NCBI GenBank assembly: GCA_942493095.1
Contig: OW818675.1
Span: 1,560,001-1,592,000, forward strand
From: Candidatus Electronema halotolerans
GTDB taxonomy: Bacteria > Desulfobacterota > Desulfobulbia > Desulfobulbales > Desulfobulbaceae
Direction: 5' to 3'
Length of the DNA stretch: 32,000 bases
Each line of letters begins with the position of its first letter. Within the stretch, counting starts at the first letter, position 1. This document shows positions 9,341 to 20,200 of the stretch, piece by piece. Under the pieces are notes generated by a model, which was not told the DNA's origin, did not search any database, and saw only the letters and a program-made list of their open reading frames with translations. Made by a program: the position numbers and the translations under genes.

Positions 9341-9823
9341 TCAGCGAAAACACTGCCAGCGCACCGGGCGGCCCTCTTGATACGGCAGGCAGCCGTAAAA
9401 AGGCCGGGGATCGTCATCAAAGACCAAGGGCAGAAAATAGCGGTCGCCTTCCCACAAGGGCAGATGATCTAGGGCGGCCAAGGGATGCCAAGCAAGCTCG
9501 CCTTCGGGGCAACGTTTTTTGGGCTGGCCGACAAAAGCGGTGATCAGAAAAATGAAGCCGAGCCAGTCTTCTCCGTCGGCTCCGAAGCCGGGCCAATTCA
9601 CCGTGCCGCGCAGATGCAGCTCCTGGCAGAGAATGCCTGCCTCCTCCTCAATTTCCCGCACCATGCAGGTATGCACATCCTCGTCAGGCCGCATCTTGCC
9701 GCCCAAGCCGTTGTATTTGCCGAAATGCTGATCATCCTGCCGGGCATTGCGGCGCAGGAGCAAAACCTGGCTGCGGTCCGGGGAAAGGACATAACCAAGG
9801 GTGCCGATGATGGGTTTGTACAC
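9341..9823 (-). CDS. NUDIX hydrolase (MutT-like)
   Basis: Nudix box GGKMRPDEDVHTCMVREIEEEAGI (GX5EX7REUXEEXGU). Confidence 0.85.
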   Translation of the reverse strand: MYKPIIGTLGYVLSPDRSQVLLLRRNARQDDQHFGKYNGLGGKMRPDEDVHTCMVREIEEEAGILCQELHLRGTVNWPGFGADGEDWLGFIFLITAFVGQPKKRCPEGELAWHPLAALDHLPLWEGDRYFLPLVFDDDPRPFYGCLPYQEGRPVRWQCFR

Positions 9824-9943
9824 GATCTGTTTTGGCAGAGGAGAGCTTTTTACCTGTTTTTTGTCAAAAGTATGCTACAATTGACCACAACAGCCTTGGA
9901 CAGCGACGCAAGGGGCAGCTCTTTTTCCCCGCATCATAATGCC

Positions 9944-11356
9944 ATGCAGTCAGCCGTGAAACATATTCTTTTCGCCCTCTTTTTTGTTGTTCTGGCCGTC
10001 TGGCCGGTCTCAGCCCAGTTCACCAGCGCAGGCTGGGTGACTGTTCCGGCTGACACCGGCTTTCCGATGTATCCGATCATCATGCCAAACATCCGTTTCT
10101 GGGAGAAAATCTACGGCACCTACACAGAGAATCAAGGGGTGCTGCACGACCGGGACAACTTGGATGTGATTTACGGCACGGTCAATTTTGTCAGCAAGCA
10201 TACTCCAGGCGCAGCGAAAATCAATGAAAAACTGATCGACTTCTCCCGCCAGAACTATAAAAACATGCTCATCAAATTTGCGACAGGCGGCAAGGCGGAG
10301 AACAAGGAGGAGCAGCGGATTTATCTGCTCTTTGCCCGGAGAACGCCGGAGGTCTTTCGGGAAGCCAGTGAGAACATCCGCCTCCAGACCGGCCTCAAGC
10401 GGCATTTCCGGGACGGCGTGATCCGCTCCGGCGCGTACATGCCCATGATCAAACGGGTGCTGCGCCAGCAGGGCCTGCCCGAAGAATTGGCCTATCTGCC
10501 CCATGTTGAATCCTCCTTCAATCCCAAGGCCCATTCCAAGGCCGGAGCTGCCGGGCTGTGGCAGTTCACCCGCAGCACAGGCCGGGACTTTATGACCATC
10601 AATGAGCTGGTTGACGAACGCTATGATCCGCACATCGCCACTGAGGCGGCAGCCCGTTTTTTAAAAGGAAACCACCGCAGTCTCGGCTCCTGGCCGCTGG
10701 CCCTGACAGCCTACAATCACGGGCGGGCCGGGATGTTGCGGGCCAAAGAGCAGTGGGGTTCCTATCCAGCTGTTTTCGCCCGGCATAGCAGTGCAACATT
10801 CGGTTTTGCCTCGAAAAATTTTTATTCTGAATTTGTCGCCGCCTACCGGGCAGCCAAACGCCTAGAGGCTGACCACAGCGTAATCCGCGACCGGCCTTGG
10901 GCCAGCGCGACCCTCCATCTCAAAGGCTATGCCGCTGTCAAGGACCTGCTCCGCTATTTCGGCGTTTCTGCTGACGAATTCCGCCGCCTCAATCCTGCCC
11001 TGCGCCAGCCTGTGCTGGATGGAGAGAAATACATTCCCAAAGGCGTGAAACTGCATCTGCCTGCGACCCATTTCATCCGTGAGCGCATCCGCACACTGCC
11101 GGACAGACTCCTTCACAGCAGTCAGTTAGCTGACAGCAGGCCGGAGACAGGAAGCCGGAGAACTTATACGGTTAAGCGGGGTGACACCGCCTTGGGCATT
11201 GCCAGACGCTTTGGCATCACGCTGGACACCCTGCGACGGCTCAACCGATTGAACAAAAAGGCGGATGTGCAGATCGGCCAGCGGCTGACCGTTCCCGGCA
11301 GCAGCGGCAGTTCCAGCCGCCGCATGATCAAGAGCAAAGCAAAACGAAGACCCTGA
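9944..11356 (+). CDS. Membrane-bound lytic murein transglycosylase (MltD-like) with C-terminal LysM
   Basis: Track ORF 9485..11356 trimmed to MQSAVKHILFALFFVVLAVWPVSAQ (signal peptide). SLT catalytic motif PHVESSFNPKAHSKAGAAGLWQF. LysM motif YTVKRGDTALGIARRFGITLDTLRRLN. The upstream 153 codons overlap the NUDIX gene in antisense. Confidence 0.85.
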   Translation: MQSAVKHILFALFFVVLAVWPVSAQFTSAGWVTVPADTGFPMYPIIMPNIRFWEKIYGTYTENQGVLHDRDNLDVIYGTVNFVSKHTPGAAKINEKLIDFSRQNYKNMLIKFATGGKAENKEEQRIYLLFARRTPEVFREASENIRLQTGLKRHFRDGVIRSGAYMPMIKRVLRQQGLPEELAYLPHVESSFNPKAHSKAGAAGLWQFTRSTGRDFMTINELVDERYDPHIATEAAARFLKGNHRSLGSWPLALTAYNHGRAGMLRAKEQWGSYPAVFARHSSATFGFASKNFYSEFVAAYRAAKRLEADHSVIRDRPWASATLHLKGYAAVKDLLRYFGVSADEFRRLNPALRQPVLDGEKYIPKGVKLHLPATHFIRERIRTLPDRLLHSSQLADSRPETGSRRTYTVKRGDTALGIARRFGITLDTLRRLNRLNKKADVQIGQRLTVPGSSGSSSRRMIKSKAKRRP

Positions 11357-11363
11357 AAAAAAC

Positions 11364-11726
11364 ATGGATATTTCAAAGACCATAGCAGAACTGAAAAAAC
11401 GGCCTGACTTCTGTGAGAAAGTCGGCATGATCCTGATTCACAACGGCGTGGTGCGGAGCTGGTCGCGCAAGGACGGCGCAGGAGTCAGCGGGCTGGAAAC
11501 CCAAGTTGATCACGAGCAAATTGCCCGGCTCCGCCAAGAATATTTAGCTTGGCCCGGCATTTACGAAATCATCATTGAAACAGACTCTGGCAGTTTTCAA
11601 CCCGGCGATGACCTGCTCTTCATCATTGTGGCCGGTGATCTGCGCGAGCATGTCAAACCGGTGCTGTCCGAGCTGCTCGACCGGGTCAAGGCCGAGGCAG
11701 TGCGGAAAAAGGAGTTTGCCGCCTGA
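11364..11726 (+). CDS. Small MoaE-fold (molybdopterin synthase large subunit-like) protein
   Basis: The pattern G-ILIHNGVVR...PGDDLLFIIVAGDLREH...LDRVKAEAVRKKE parallels MoaE (F-G-VR ... GD--V-V-V--HR ... LK---P-WK-E). It is short, and no other moa genes are nearby. Confidence 0.45.
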   Translation: MDISKTIAELKKRPDFCEKVGMILIHNGVVRSWSRKDGAGVSGLETQVDHEQIARLRQEYLAWPGIYEIIIETDSGSFQPGDDLLFIIVAGDLREHVKPVLSELLDRVKAEAVRKKEFAA

Positions 11727-11734
11727 GCAGCACC

Positions 11735-13168
11735 ATGTCCGCTGTTGCTGCCCAGCCCAACCGGCTGATCCGCTGGGCCTTTGCCTGCCAGCCAGACGAG
11801 GGGCGGCCAGCCGCCCTCCTGCGCAGTCTCCTCCGCATCCTCCTGATTCTCTGGCATGAATTTTTTGCCAGCAGCATCTCGCTGCGGGCCGCCGCTCTGA
11901 CCTTTTCCGTGGTTCTGGCAATGGTGCCCTTGCTGGCCATGAGCACCGCCATTCTCAAAGGCCTTGGCAATGGGCAGCAGATGCGGATTGCCGCCTACCG
12001 GCTGATTGATCAGCTTGACCCGGAAGCGGCAATGAAGGCGGCAGCGCAGCAGGAGGAGCAGGAAGCTGCTGCCCCGGAGGAGCCGGAAAAACCGGAGCTG
12101 CCCAGCCTCAACCGCCATCTGCACAATGCGGTGGACAGCATCTTTGACTATGTGGAAAACACCAACTTTGCCGCTCTTGGCGCGTTTGGCATTGCCGGGC
12201 TGCTGATTGTGGTGATCACGGTGCTGAACGCGATTGAGGATGCGATGAACGCGATTTGGCACACGCAGCGGGGCAGGTCGATTTTCCGCAAGATCATGGA
12301 CTACTTAGCCCTGCTCGTTCTCCTGCCGATCTCGGTCAATCTCACCTTGGCCGCCGAGGCGGTGCTGACCTCGCAGAAGATCATGAAATATTTTGCCGCC
12401 GCCATTCCCTCGGCTTGGACGGTCGGCCTGCTCCTCAAACTGCTGCCCTTTGTCTTCATCACCCTGTCGCTGATGATGATGTACCTGTTCTTTCCCAGCG
12501 TCAAGGTCAGAACTGGCGCGGCCCTCTGCGGCGCGCTCTTCGGGGCCGTGTTCTGGTTCATTGTCCAGCGGCTCTACGTGATGCTGCAAGTCGGGGTGGC
12601 CAATTACAACGCCATCTACGGTTCTTTCGCCACTGTGCCGCTTTTCCTGGTTTGGATGCAGCTTGGCTGGATATTCATTTTGCTCGGCGCAGTGCTGGCC
12701 TACGCTATCCAAAACCATAACCACTACCGGCTGCCCGGCAGGGAGAGCACGGCCCGGCAGCGGCTTCAGCAGGCCTTTGATGTCCTGCTCACGGTCTATG
12801 GCAATTTTGCCCGCGCCGAGGCCACGGAAGAGGAGCGGCTGGCCCAAGGCTGCGCAGTCTTGAATGAAGCTGATCTTGATCAGACCGTGCAGCTGCTGAT
12901 CAGCGGCGGCCTGCTGCACGAAGTTGAGCGGAACGGCGCGCTGGCGTATATTCCGGCCCGGCCTGCGGAGCAGCTTGATGCCGCCTCTGTGGTGCGGCTG
13001 ATTTTCGGACACAGCTCAGAAAAAGACTCCGCAGGCGGCAGGCTGGCCGGACAAGTTGCTCAGGCAGCGGAAGCAGCAATTGCGCCTGCGGCATTCGCCC
13101 TCTTGAACATCAATGAATTGACAGCATCTCATGAAAAAAACAGTTCCTTCTCCGCAACTCAGTCCTGA
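11735..13168 (+). CDS. YihY/BrkB (ribonuclease BN-like) family inner-membrane protein with C-terminal soluble extension
   Basis: SLRAAALTFSVVLAMVPLLA signature and six predicted TM segments. An acidic insert lies between TM1 and TM2. Confidence 0.8.
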   Translation: MSAVAAQPNRLIRWAFACQPDEGRPAALLRSLLRILLILWHEFFASSISLRAAALTFSVVLAMVPLLAMSTAILKGLGNGQQMRIAAYRLIDQLDPEAAMKAAAQQEEQEAAAPEEPEKPELPSLNRHLHNAVDSIFDYVENTNFAALGAFGIAGLLIVVITVLNAIEDAMNAIWHTQRGRSIFRKIMDYLALLVLLPISVNLTLAAEAVLTSQKIMKYFAAAIPSAWTVGLLLKLLPFVFITLSLMMMYLFFPSVKVRTGAALCGALFGAVFWFIVQRLYVMLQVGVANYNAIYGSFATVPLFLVWMQLGWIFILLGAVLAYAIQNHNHYRLPGRESTARQRLQQAFDVLLTVYGNFARAEATEEERLAQGCAVLNEADLDQTVQLLISGGLLHEVERNGALAYIPARPAEQLDAASVVRLIFGHSSEKDSAGGRLAGQVAQAAEAAIAPAAFALLNINELTASHEKNSSFSATQS

Positions 13169-13934
13169 GATCAGCCTGATTGACACCCACTGCCATTTGG
13201 ACATGGCTGCCTATCAACCTGATCTGGATCAGATTATTGCTGATGCCCGCCGCTGCGGCGTGACCCGGATCATCACCATTGGCATTGATTTACCCAGCTC
13301 ATGCCGGGCCGCAGAGCTGGCGCAATGCTATGCAGGCGTGTATGCGGCGGTCGGCATTCATCCTCATGATGCGGAGAGCGCAGACGAGGAGACGTTCCGG
13401 CGGCTTGCAGAACTGGCTGCCGCGCCCAAGGTGGTTGGTTACGGGGAAATCGGTTTGGATTATGCCAAGAACTATTCGCCCAAGGAGGTGCAGCTCCGGG
13501 TCTTTGCCCGCCAGCTTGAGCTGGCTAAAGAACTGCGCCTGCCGCTGATCATCCATGACCGGGATGCGCACGAGGACACCCTGCGGCTGCTGCGAGAGCA
13601 AGGGCCGTTTCCGCACGGCGGAGTCATGCACTGTTTTTCCGGCGATGCGGAATTGGCCCGGCAGGTGCTGGACTTAGGTTTCTATGTCTCCATACCCGGC
13701 ATTGTCACCTTTCCCAATGCGGCAATGATGCGGGAGGCGGTTCGAGAAGTGCCGACAGACAGGCTGCTGCTGGAAACCGACGGCCCTTTTCTTGCGCCAG
13801 TGCCGTTCCGGGGCAAGCGCAATCTGCCGCAATATCTCCTGCACACGGCTGCGGCAGTTGCGGAACTGAAAGGCGTTTCTCTTGACGATATAGCCCGGCA
13901 GACCACTGTCAATGCTGAGAAATTATTTTTCTAA
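13131..13934 (+). CDS. tatD: TatD family metal-dependent hydrolase/DNase
   Basis: LIDTHCHLD start motif, GEIGLDY, and the IHDRDAHED and ETDGPFL motifs. It overlaps the yihY-like stop by 38 nt. Confidence 0.9.
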   Translation: MKKTVPSPQLSPEISLIDTHCHLDMAAYQPDLDQIIADARRCGVTRIITIGIDLPSSCRAAELAQCYAGVYAAVGIHPHDAESADEETFRRLAELAAAPKVVGYGEIGLDYAKNYSPKEVQLRVFARQLELAKELRLPLIIHDRDAHEDTLRLLREQGPFPHGGVMHCFSGDAELARQVLDLGFYVSIPGIVTFPNAAMMREAVREVPTDRLLLETDGPFLAPVPFRGKRNLPQYLLHTAAAVAELKGVSLDDIARQTTVNAEKLFF

Positions 13935-14149
13935 TAAATACATTATCTTGATCACTGCTCTCTTCCGCATCGACGGACAACTTACTCATGTTGATGATGA
14001 GGTTAAAGAGCAAATTCCCTTCCGTCATCCTATCCACTGACCGACCCAATCACAATCACCGCAGGCAGCAGTATCCTCCAGTGCAATATGCCGAAATGAC
14101 GTGGAAACACAGGGGGCCGCCCCTACGCTCATTTTTTTGACCATGAGAG

Positions 14150-14178
14150 TTGACATTTCTGTTCAGACATGCTATGAG
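14150..14178 (+). promoter_or_regulatory. Putative sigma-70 promoter of the RHS gene
   Basis: TTGACA (14150-14155), a 17-nt spacer, then TATGAG (14173-14178). GAGGA Shine-Dalgarno sequence 5 nt before the GTG at 14218. Confidence 0.35.
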
Positions 14179-14217
14179 CTTTTTCATTCATTTTTCAGAT
14201 CATAGCTGAGGATTTCC

Positions 14218-17200
14218 GTGAAGAAAACAATCCTGCTGTCTCTTGCCGCGATGTTGTGCTGTTTCCTGCTGCCCTCAGCATGGGCTGACAAGACGGACAG
14301 CTCCCTGCTGCGCATGTTCATGATGATACGAACAGCTTCCTCGCCCAAGGTGTCTTTGAGCGCAGAACCGGCTGCGATCAAATTGGGTGGAACAGCAACG
14401 CTGACGTGGATCAGCAAGAACGCGGACACGGTCAGCATTGACAACGGCATTGGCGCAGTCGATCTGAACGGCTCTCAGTCTGTGGCTCCGACGACGACCA
14501 CAACTTACACCATCACTGCTGCCGGAGCAAAAGGCACAGTTACGGACAGTGTCACAGTCACGGTGCTTCAGCCGCCTGTGGTTTCTCTGGCTGCTGATCC
14601 GACTTCCATCATAGAAGGGAGCAGCTCAACCCTGACGTGGACCAGCACCAATGCGGATTCCGTCAGCATAGACAACAATATCGGCACGGTCGCTGCAAGC
14701 GGCACAAGAAGCGTTTCTCCTTCAGCAGACACGACCTACAAAATTACCGCAACCGGCCCCGGCGGCACGGCCTCGGATACTGCTGCAATTACAGTTTCGC
14801 CTGCTGATGCCCCTGCAATTACGATTTCCGCAGCATCGGAGAGCATTGCCCTTGGTGCTTCCACGGAGCTGTCTTGGCAGAGCCAAAACGTTGACAATAT
14901 CAGTATTGACAACGGGATTGGCGAAGTTGCGGCAAATGGTTCTCAGAGCATCACTCCCCAGCATACCACAACTTATACGATTACCGGTTCAGGAGACAAA
15001 GGCACGGTCAGCGCGCAGGTGACGGTACAGGTGACAGGCAATCCGGCAGCACCGCCGGAAGGCTCGTTTGGTGAGCAATATGAAGACCTTATGCCGCCGG
15101 ATGCGACGATTGATGAATACGATGCCAAGCGGTTTTCGCTGATCACCGGCATGGTGCATGATCTGCAAGATGCGCCGTTAGAGGATGTGCGCGTCACGGT
15201 GCATGATCATCCTGAATACGGCACTGTAAAGACCGCTGCGGACGGCAGGTTCACCCTTCCGGCAGAAGGCGGCGGCACTATGACCATTGCCTATAAACGG
15301 GCCGGGTATATCACCGCGCATCGTCAGGTCTATGTGCCGTGGAATGACATTGCGGTTGCGGAAACGGTGCAGATGCTGGTTGAAGATTCAGCGGCCACGC
15401 AAGTCACTTTTGACGGCAATCCTGCAACCATAGCCACGCATGTAAATACGCCGGTTACGGACGAGTTCGGCAGCCGCTCTGCGACCATCGTTTTTCAGGG
15501 CGACAACATGGCCCATCTGGTTGATGAGCAGGGCAACATAATTCAGGACTTGCCGAACATTACGGCCAGAGCCACAGAGTTCAAGACGCAGGAGTCCATG
15601 CCTGCGGTTTTGCCGCCAAATTCCGCCTATACCTACTGCACGGAACTGTCCGTGGATGGCGCGGCGCGAGTGCGCTTTGACAAGCCGGTCACTGTCTGGG
15701 TGGACAACTTCCTCAAATTTGATGTCGGCGAAAAAGTGCCGGTTGGCTATTACAACCGGGATCGCGGAGTTTGGGTGCCGTCTGAGAACGGCCTTGTGGT
15801 CAAGCTCTTGGATACGGACAGCGACGGCGTTGCGGATGCCTTGGATTCGGATGGCGACGGCCAGCCGAATGATCTGAATAATAACGGTTCTTTTGCTGAT
15901 GAAGTGATTGGCTTGGAAGATGCGAGCCGGTATGTGCCAGGAAAGGAATTTTGGCGGGTAACTGTCACCCATTTCACGCCGTGGGACTGCAACTGGCCGT
16001 ATGGCCCGCCCGCTGATGCGACAGGGCCGAATCCTAATGGTGTTCCTGATGCGGAAGAACCTATAAATGATGCTGCGGAAGAACCTATAAATGATGCCAA
16101 TAACGGACTGAAAAAGGATGACACGGACTGCAACGGCTCTTACATCAAAAAACGCGGGCGGATTGTTCATGAAGATATTCCGATTCCCGGAACGGGCATG
16201 ACCCTGCATTACGCCTCTAATCGGGTGGAGGGCTACAAGCAGGTCATCACGGTTCCGGCCAGCGGCGACACGGTGCCGGACAGTCTGAAGAGCATCATTG
16301 TTGAGGTGAAACTTGCCGGGCGCACGCTGACGCAGACTTTAGAACCGCAGCCGAATAAGCAGGCGCAATTTGTCTGGGATGGTTTGGATTATTTGGGCCG
16401 CGAAGCAGGAACTGTGCAAGCTGATGTGGCTGTGGGTTTTGTCTATGATGCGGTGTATTACACAGCCAGAAATGATGTTGCCAATGCCTTTGCTCAGGCT
16501 GGAAGCGAGGTGAGCGGTATTCGGGCGCGGCAGGAGGTTACTTCGTGGCAGCGTTTTCAGCTTCAAATTAGCGCAGGCAAAGCTGCGGGCAACATTGCTG
16601 AAGGCTGGAGCCTGTCTGATCATCATGTCCTTGGAAGAGGTGCTGCATACCTTAACAAAGGGTATGGCTCCTTTTTGGAAAATAACAACACGCAAATCAT
16701 AACAACCGTGGCTGGTAACGGCTTCTATGGCTCCAGCGGTGACGACGGTCCGGCAACCGAGGCCAAGCTGAATAATCCAAGCGGAGTGGCGACAGATAAA
16801 GCGGGAAATATATTTATTGCCGATAGAGGAAACCATCGCATCCGCAAGGTGGATACAAACGGCATTATAACAACAGTGGCAGGCACCGGCTCTGAAGGCT
16901 ACAACGGCGACAACATTCCAGCTATTGATGCCAAACTTGCTGAACCAAGAGATGTCGTGGTCGATCAGCTCGGCAATATTTTCATTGCCGAATACGATAA
17001 CCATCGCATCCGCAAGGTGGATACAAACGGTATTATCACCACAGTGGCAGGCAACGGTGCTACAGGTAATGGCGGTGATGGCGGTCGAGCTATTGATGCC
17101 GAACTTCAGAATCCTTATCAATTGGCAGTGGATGAAAGCGGCAATATCTTTATTGGGCACAATACCAGCCCGATTAGCAGGTATATTCGCAAAGTGGATA

Positions 17201-20200
17201 CAAACGGCATCATTACCACTATAACAAAACCCTACAAAATAGGAGGATTAGCAGTCGATCAGGCTGGCAATCTTCTCTTTGCCAATTCAATGTTCGCTCG
17301 TATCAGTAAGATTGATTCCAGCACCGGCATCATGACTACGGTGGCCGGAAATGGCTCTGGGGACTACAGCGGCGATGGAGGCCCGGCAACCGAGGCCAGT
17401 CTTCATAATGCAGTGGATATTACTTTAGACCAAGCTGGAAACCTCTTTATTGCCGACTATGACAACAAACGTATCCGCAAGGTTGCGAACGGGATTATCA
17501 GCACAGTGGCTGGAAATGGGTCATCAGGCTCTGAAGGCGACGGCGGCCCGGCTGCTGCCGCCAGTCTTTTTGAGCCTAACAGGGTGGCAGTGGATCATGA
17601 AGGCAATATTTTCATTGCTGAGTATGGTCACCACCGCATCCGCAAAGTTGCCGCTGCATCCGCTGTGTTCAGGTCGCATCTAATGGAAGCAGGCGACATC
17701 CCCTTTGCCGACTCCAACGGCCTTGGCTACATCATGTCCGCTGCTGGTCTCCATAAAAAGACCATTGATTTAGACAGCGGCCTTGTTGTGCAGAACTTCG
17801 CATATGATAGCGACAACAACCTGATTTCCATCACCGACCAGTTCGGCAATGTCACGGCGATTGCGCGGGATGCAAACGGCACACCGACTGCCATTGTCTC
17901 GCCGGACGGCCTGCGCACCGAGCTGCACATCAACGCGGACAAGCAGCTTGCCAAGATCGTTTACCCGGACAGCAGCGCCTACAATTTCACCTACAGCCCG
18001 GACAGCCTGATGACGGTTGAGACGGAGCCGAACGGCAACCGTTTTGAACATCATTTTGATGCCAACGGCAAAATCGCTGAGGTGCTTGACGAGGAAGGCG
18101 GCCAGTGGCAATACTCGCGGCAGCGGCTGGCGAACGGCGAGGTGCGGATTGAATCAGTCACGGCTGAGGGCAACCGCACGGTAAATCTGGATACCAACGC
18201 TTCCACTGGGGCCTTTTCCACTGTCACCATTGACCCCAGCGGCAACGAAAGCAGCTTCAGCCGTTCTGCTGACGGCCTCAGTGAAACACGGGAACTTTCC
18301 TGCGGCATGACAAGCTGGACAGACTACGGCTTGGATGCGGAATACAAGTACAAGGTCGCGCAGAGCACAGGCACGCAGTCGCCTGCCGGACTGACCAAAG
18401 TCGCCCAAATAGATAAAACCTATCAGGATACGAATACAGACGAGATACCTGACCTGATCAAGGAAACGCTCTCCCGCGACGGCAGACTGACAACCCTTGT
18501 TCATAACACCCTGATCGGGGAAAAGACTGTCACTACGCCGAAAGGCAGGAAAGTGACGGCCAAGTATGATCCGGCGACCCTGCTCACCAAGAGCGTGGAA
18601 ATTCCCGGCCTTTCTCCGACCAACTATGCCTACGACAGCAAGGGCCGTTTGACCTCGGTCACGACGGATGAGCGGACAGCGGCGTTCAGCTATAACGCGC
18701 AGGGTTTTCTTGCCTCGCAGACTGACCCGGAAGGGCGCACCACCTCCTACAGCCATGATGCGGTGGGCAGAGTGACCAAGATAACCCGGCCTGATGCCAG
18801 CACGGTTCAGTTCAGTTATGACAGCAACGGCAATATGACCGCGCTGACCAATCCATCAGCGACAAATCATCTGTTCGACTACAACAAGGTCAATAAGCAG
18901 AACGCCTACAATACACCGATCAGCGGCTCATACAGCTACGTTTATGACAAGGACAGGCGGCTGAAGCGAACGGATTTCCCGTCAGGCGCGCAAATCAGCA
19001 ATATCTACACCGACAATCTGCTGACCCAGACGCAGACTCCTGAAGGCAATATTGATTATACGTACCTTTGCAGCTCCAAGGTTGGTTCGATCAGCAAAGG
19101 CGGTGAAACTATTGCCTACAACTATGACGGCAGTTTGCTCACCTCGGAAAGCAAGAGCGGCACAGTCAATCAGACGCTGACGTTCTCGTATAACAACGAC
19201 TTCGATCTGTCCGCAATCACGTATGCCGGAAGTACGGAAAATCTCAGCTATGATGACGACGGCCTGCTGATCAGTTCTGGTGCTTATGCCATAAGCAGAA
19301 ATGCGGCCAATGGTCTGCCGGAGCAGGTCAGCGGCAATGCTCTGAGCCGCAGCCGGACCTTTAACGGCTACGGCGAACTGACTGCGGAAAACTCGATGGT
19401 CAATACGCAGCCTGTCAACGGCTGGTCTGTGACTCGGAATAAGAACGGCAGAATACTGAGCAAAACCGAGAATGTGAACGGCAGCACGGTTGATTATGCG
19501 TATTCATACGACAACATGGGCAGACTGCTGACTGTGAAAAAAGGCGGCACGCTTGTGGAAGAGTATCAGTACGGCTTGAACGGCAGCCGCACGCATGAAA
19601 TGAACAGCCTCAAAGGTGTATCGAGCCGGGATTATAGCTATTCGGAGGAAGATCATCTGCTCTCCGCAGGCGATGTAAGCTATGCGTTCAATGCGGACGG
19701 CTTCCTGACCAGCAAGACCCAAGGTGCTGAGATAACCGCCTACAATTATTCCTCTCGCGGCGAGCTGCTGCAAGTCGCTCTGCCGGACGGAAAGAGCATT
19801 GAATACCTCCACGACCCGCTGGGCCGCAGGATTGCCAAGAAGGTCAACGGCACGATTGTGGAAAAATACCTCTGGCTTGGCCTGACCAAGCTCATGGCAA
19901 TCTATGACGGCAGCGACAACCTGCTGATGCGCTTTGAATATGCGGACGGCAGAATGCCCGCAGCCATGACCGCCAGCGGCGCGACCTATTATCTCAGCTA
20001 TGATCAGGTCGGCTCGCTGCGCACGGTTGCCGACGCGACCGGCAGCGTGGTCAAGGAAGTCAGCTATGATTCCTTTGGCACGATTCTTTCTGACAGCAAT
20101 TCCGCCTTGGCCGTGCCTTTCGGCTTTGCAGGCGGCCTGCATGATCGGGATACCGGATTGGTCAAATTCGGCTTCCGGGATTACGCCCCGGCAATTGGCC

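Noticed and set aside
9485-9943. N-terminal 153 codons of track ORF 9485..11356
   Set aside because: They overlap the NUDIX gene in antisense. A clean signal peptide begins at the internal Met (9944).
13935-14217. tRNA or other small RNA in the tatD-RHS intergenic region
   Set aside because: I found no cloverleaf-compatible stems or conserved T-loop/anticodon features. Only a weak GGGG/CCCC hairpin and a promoter-like sequence are present.
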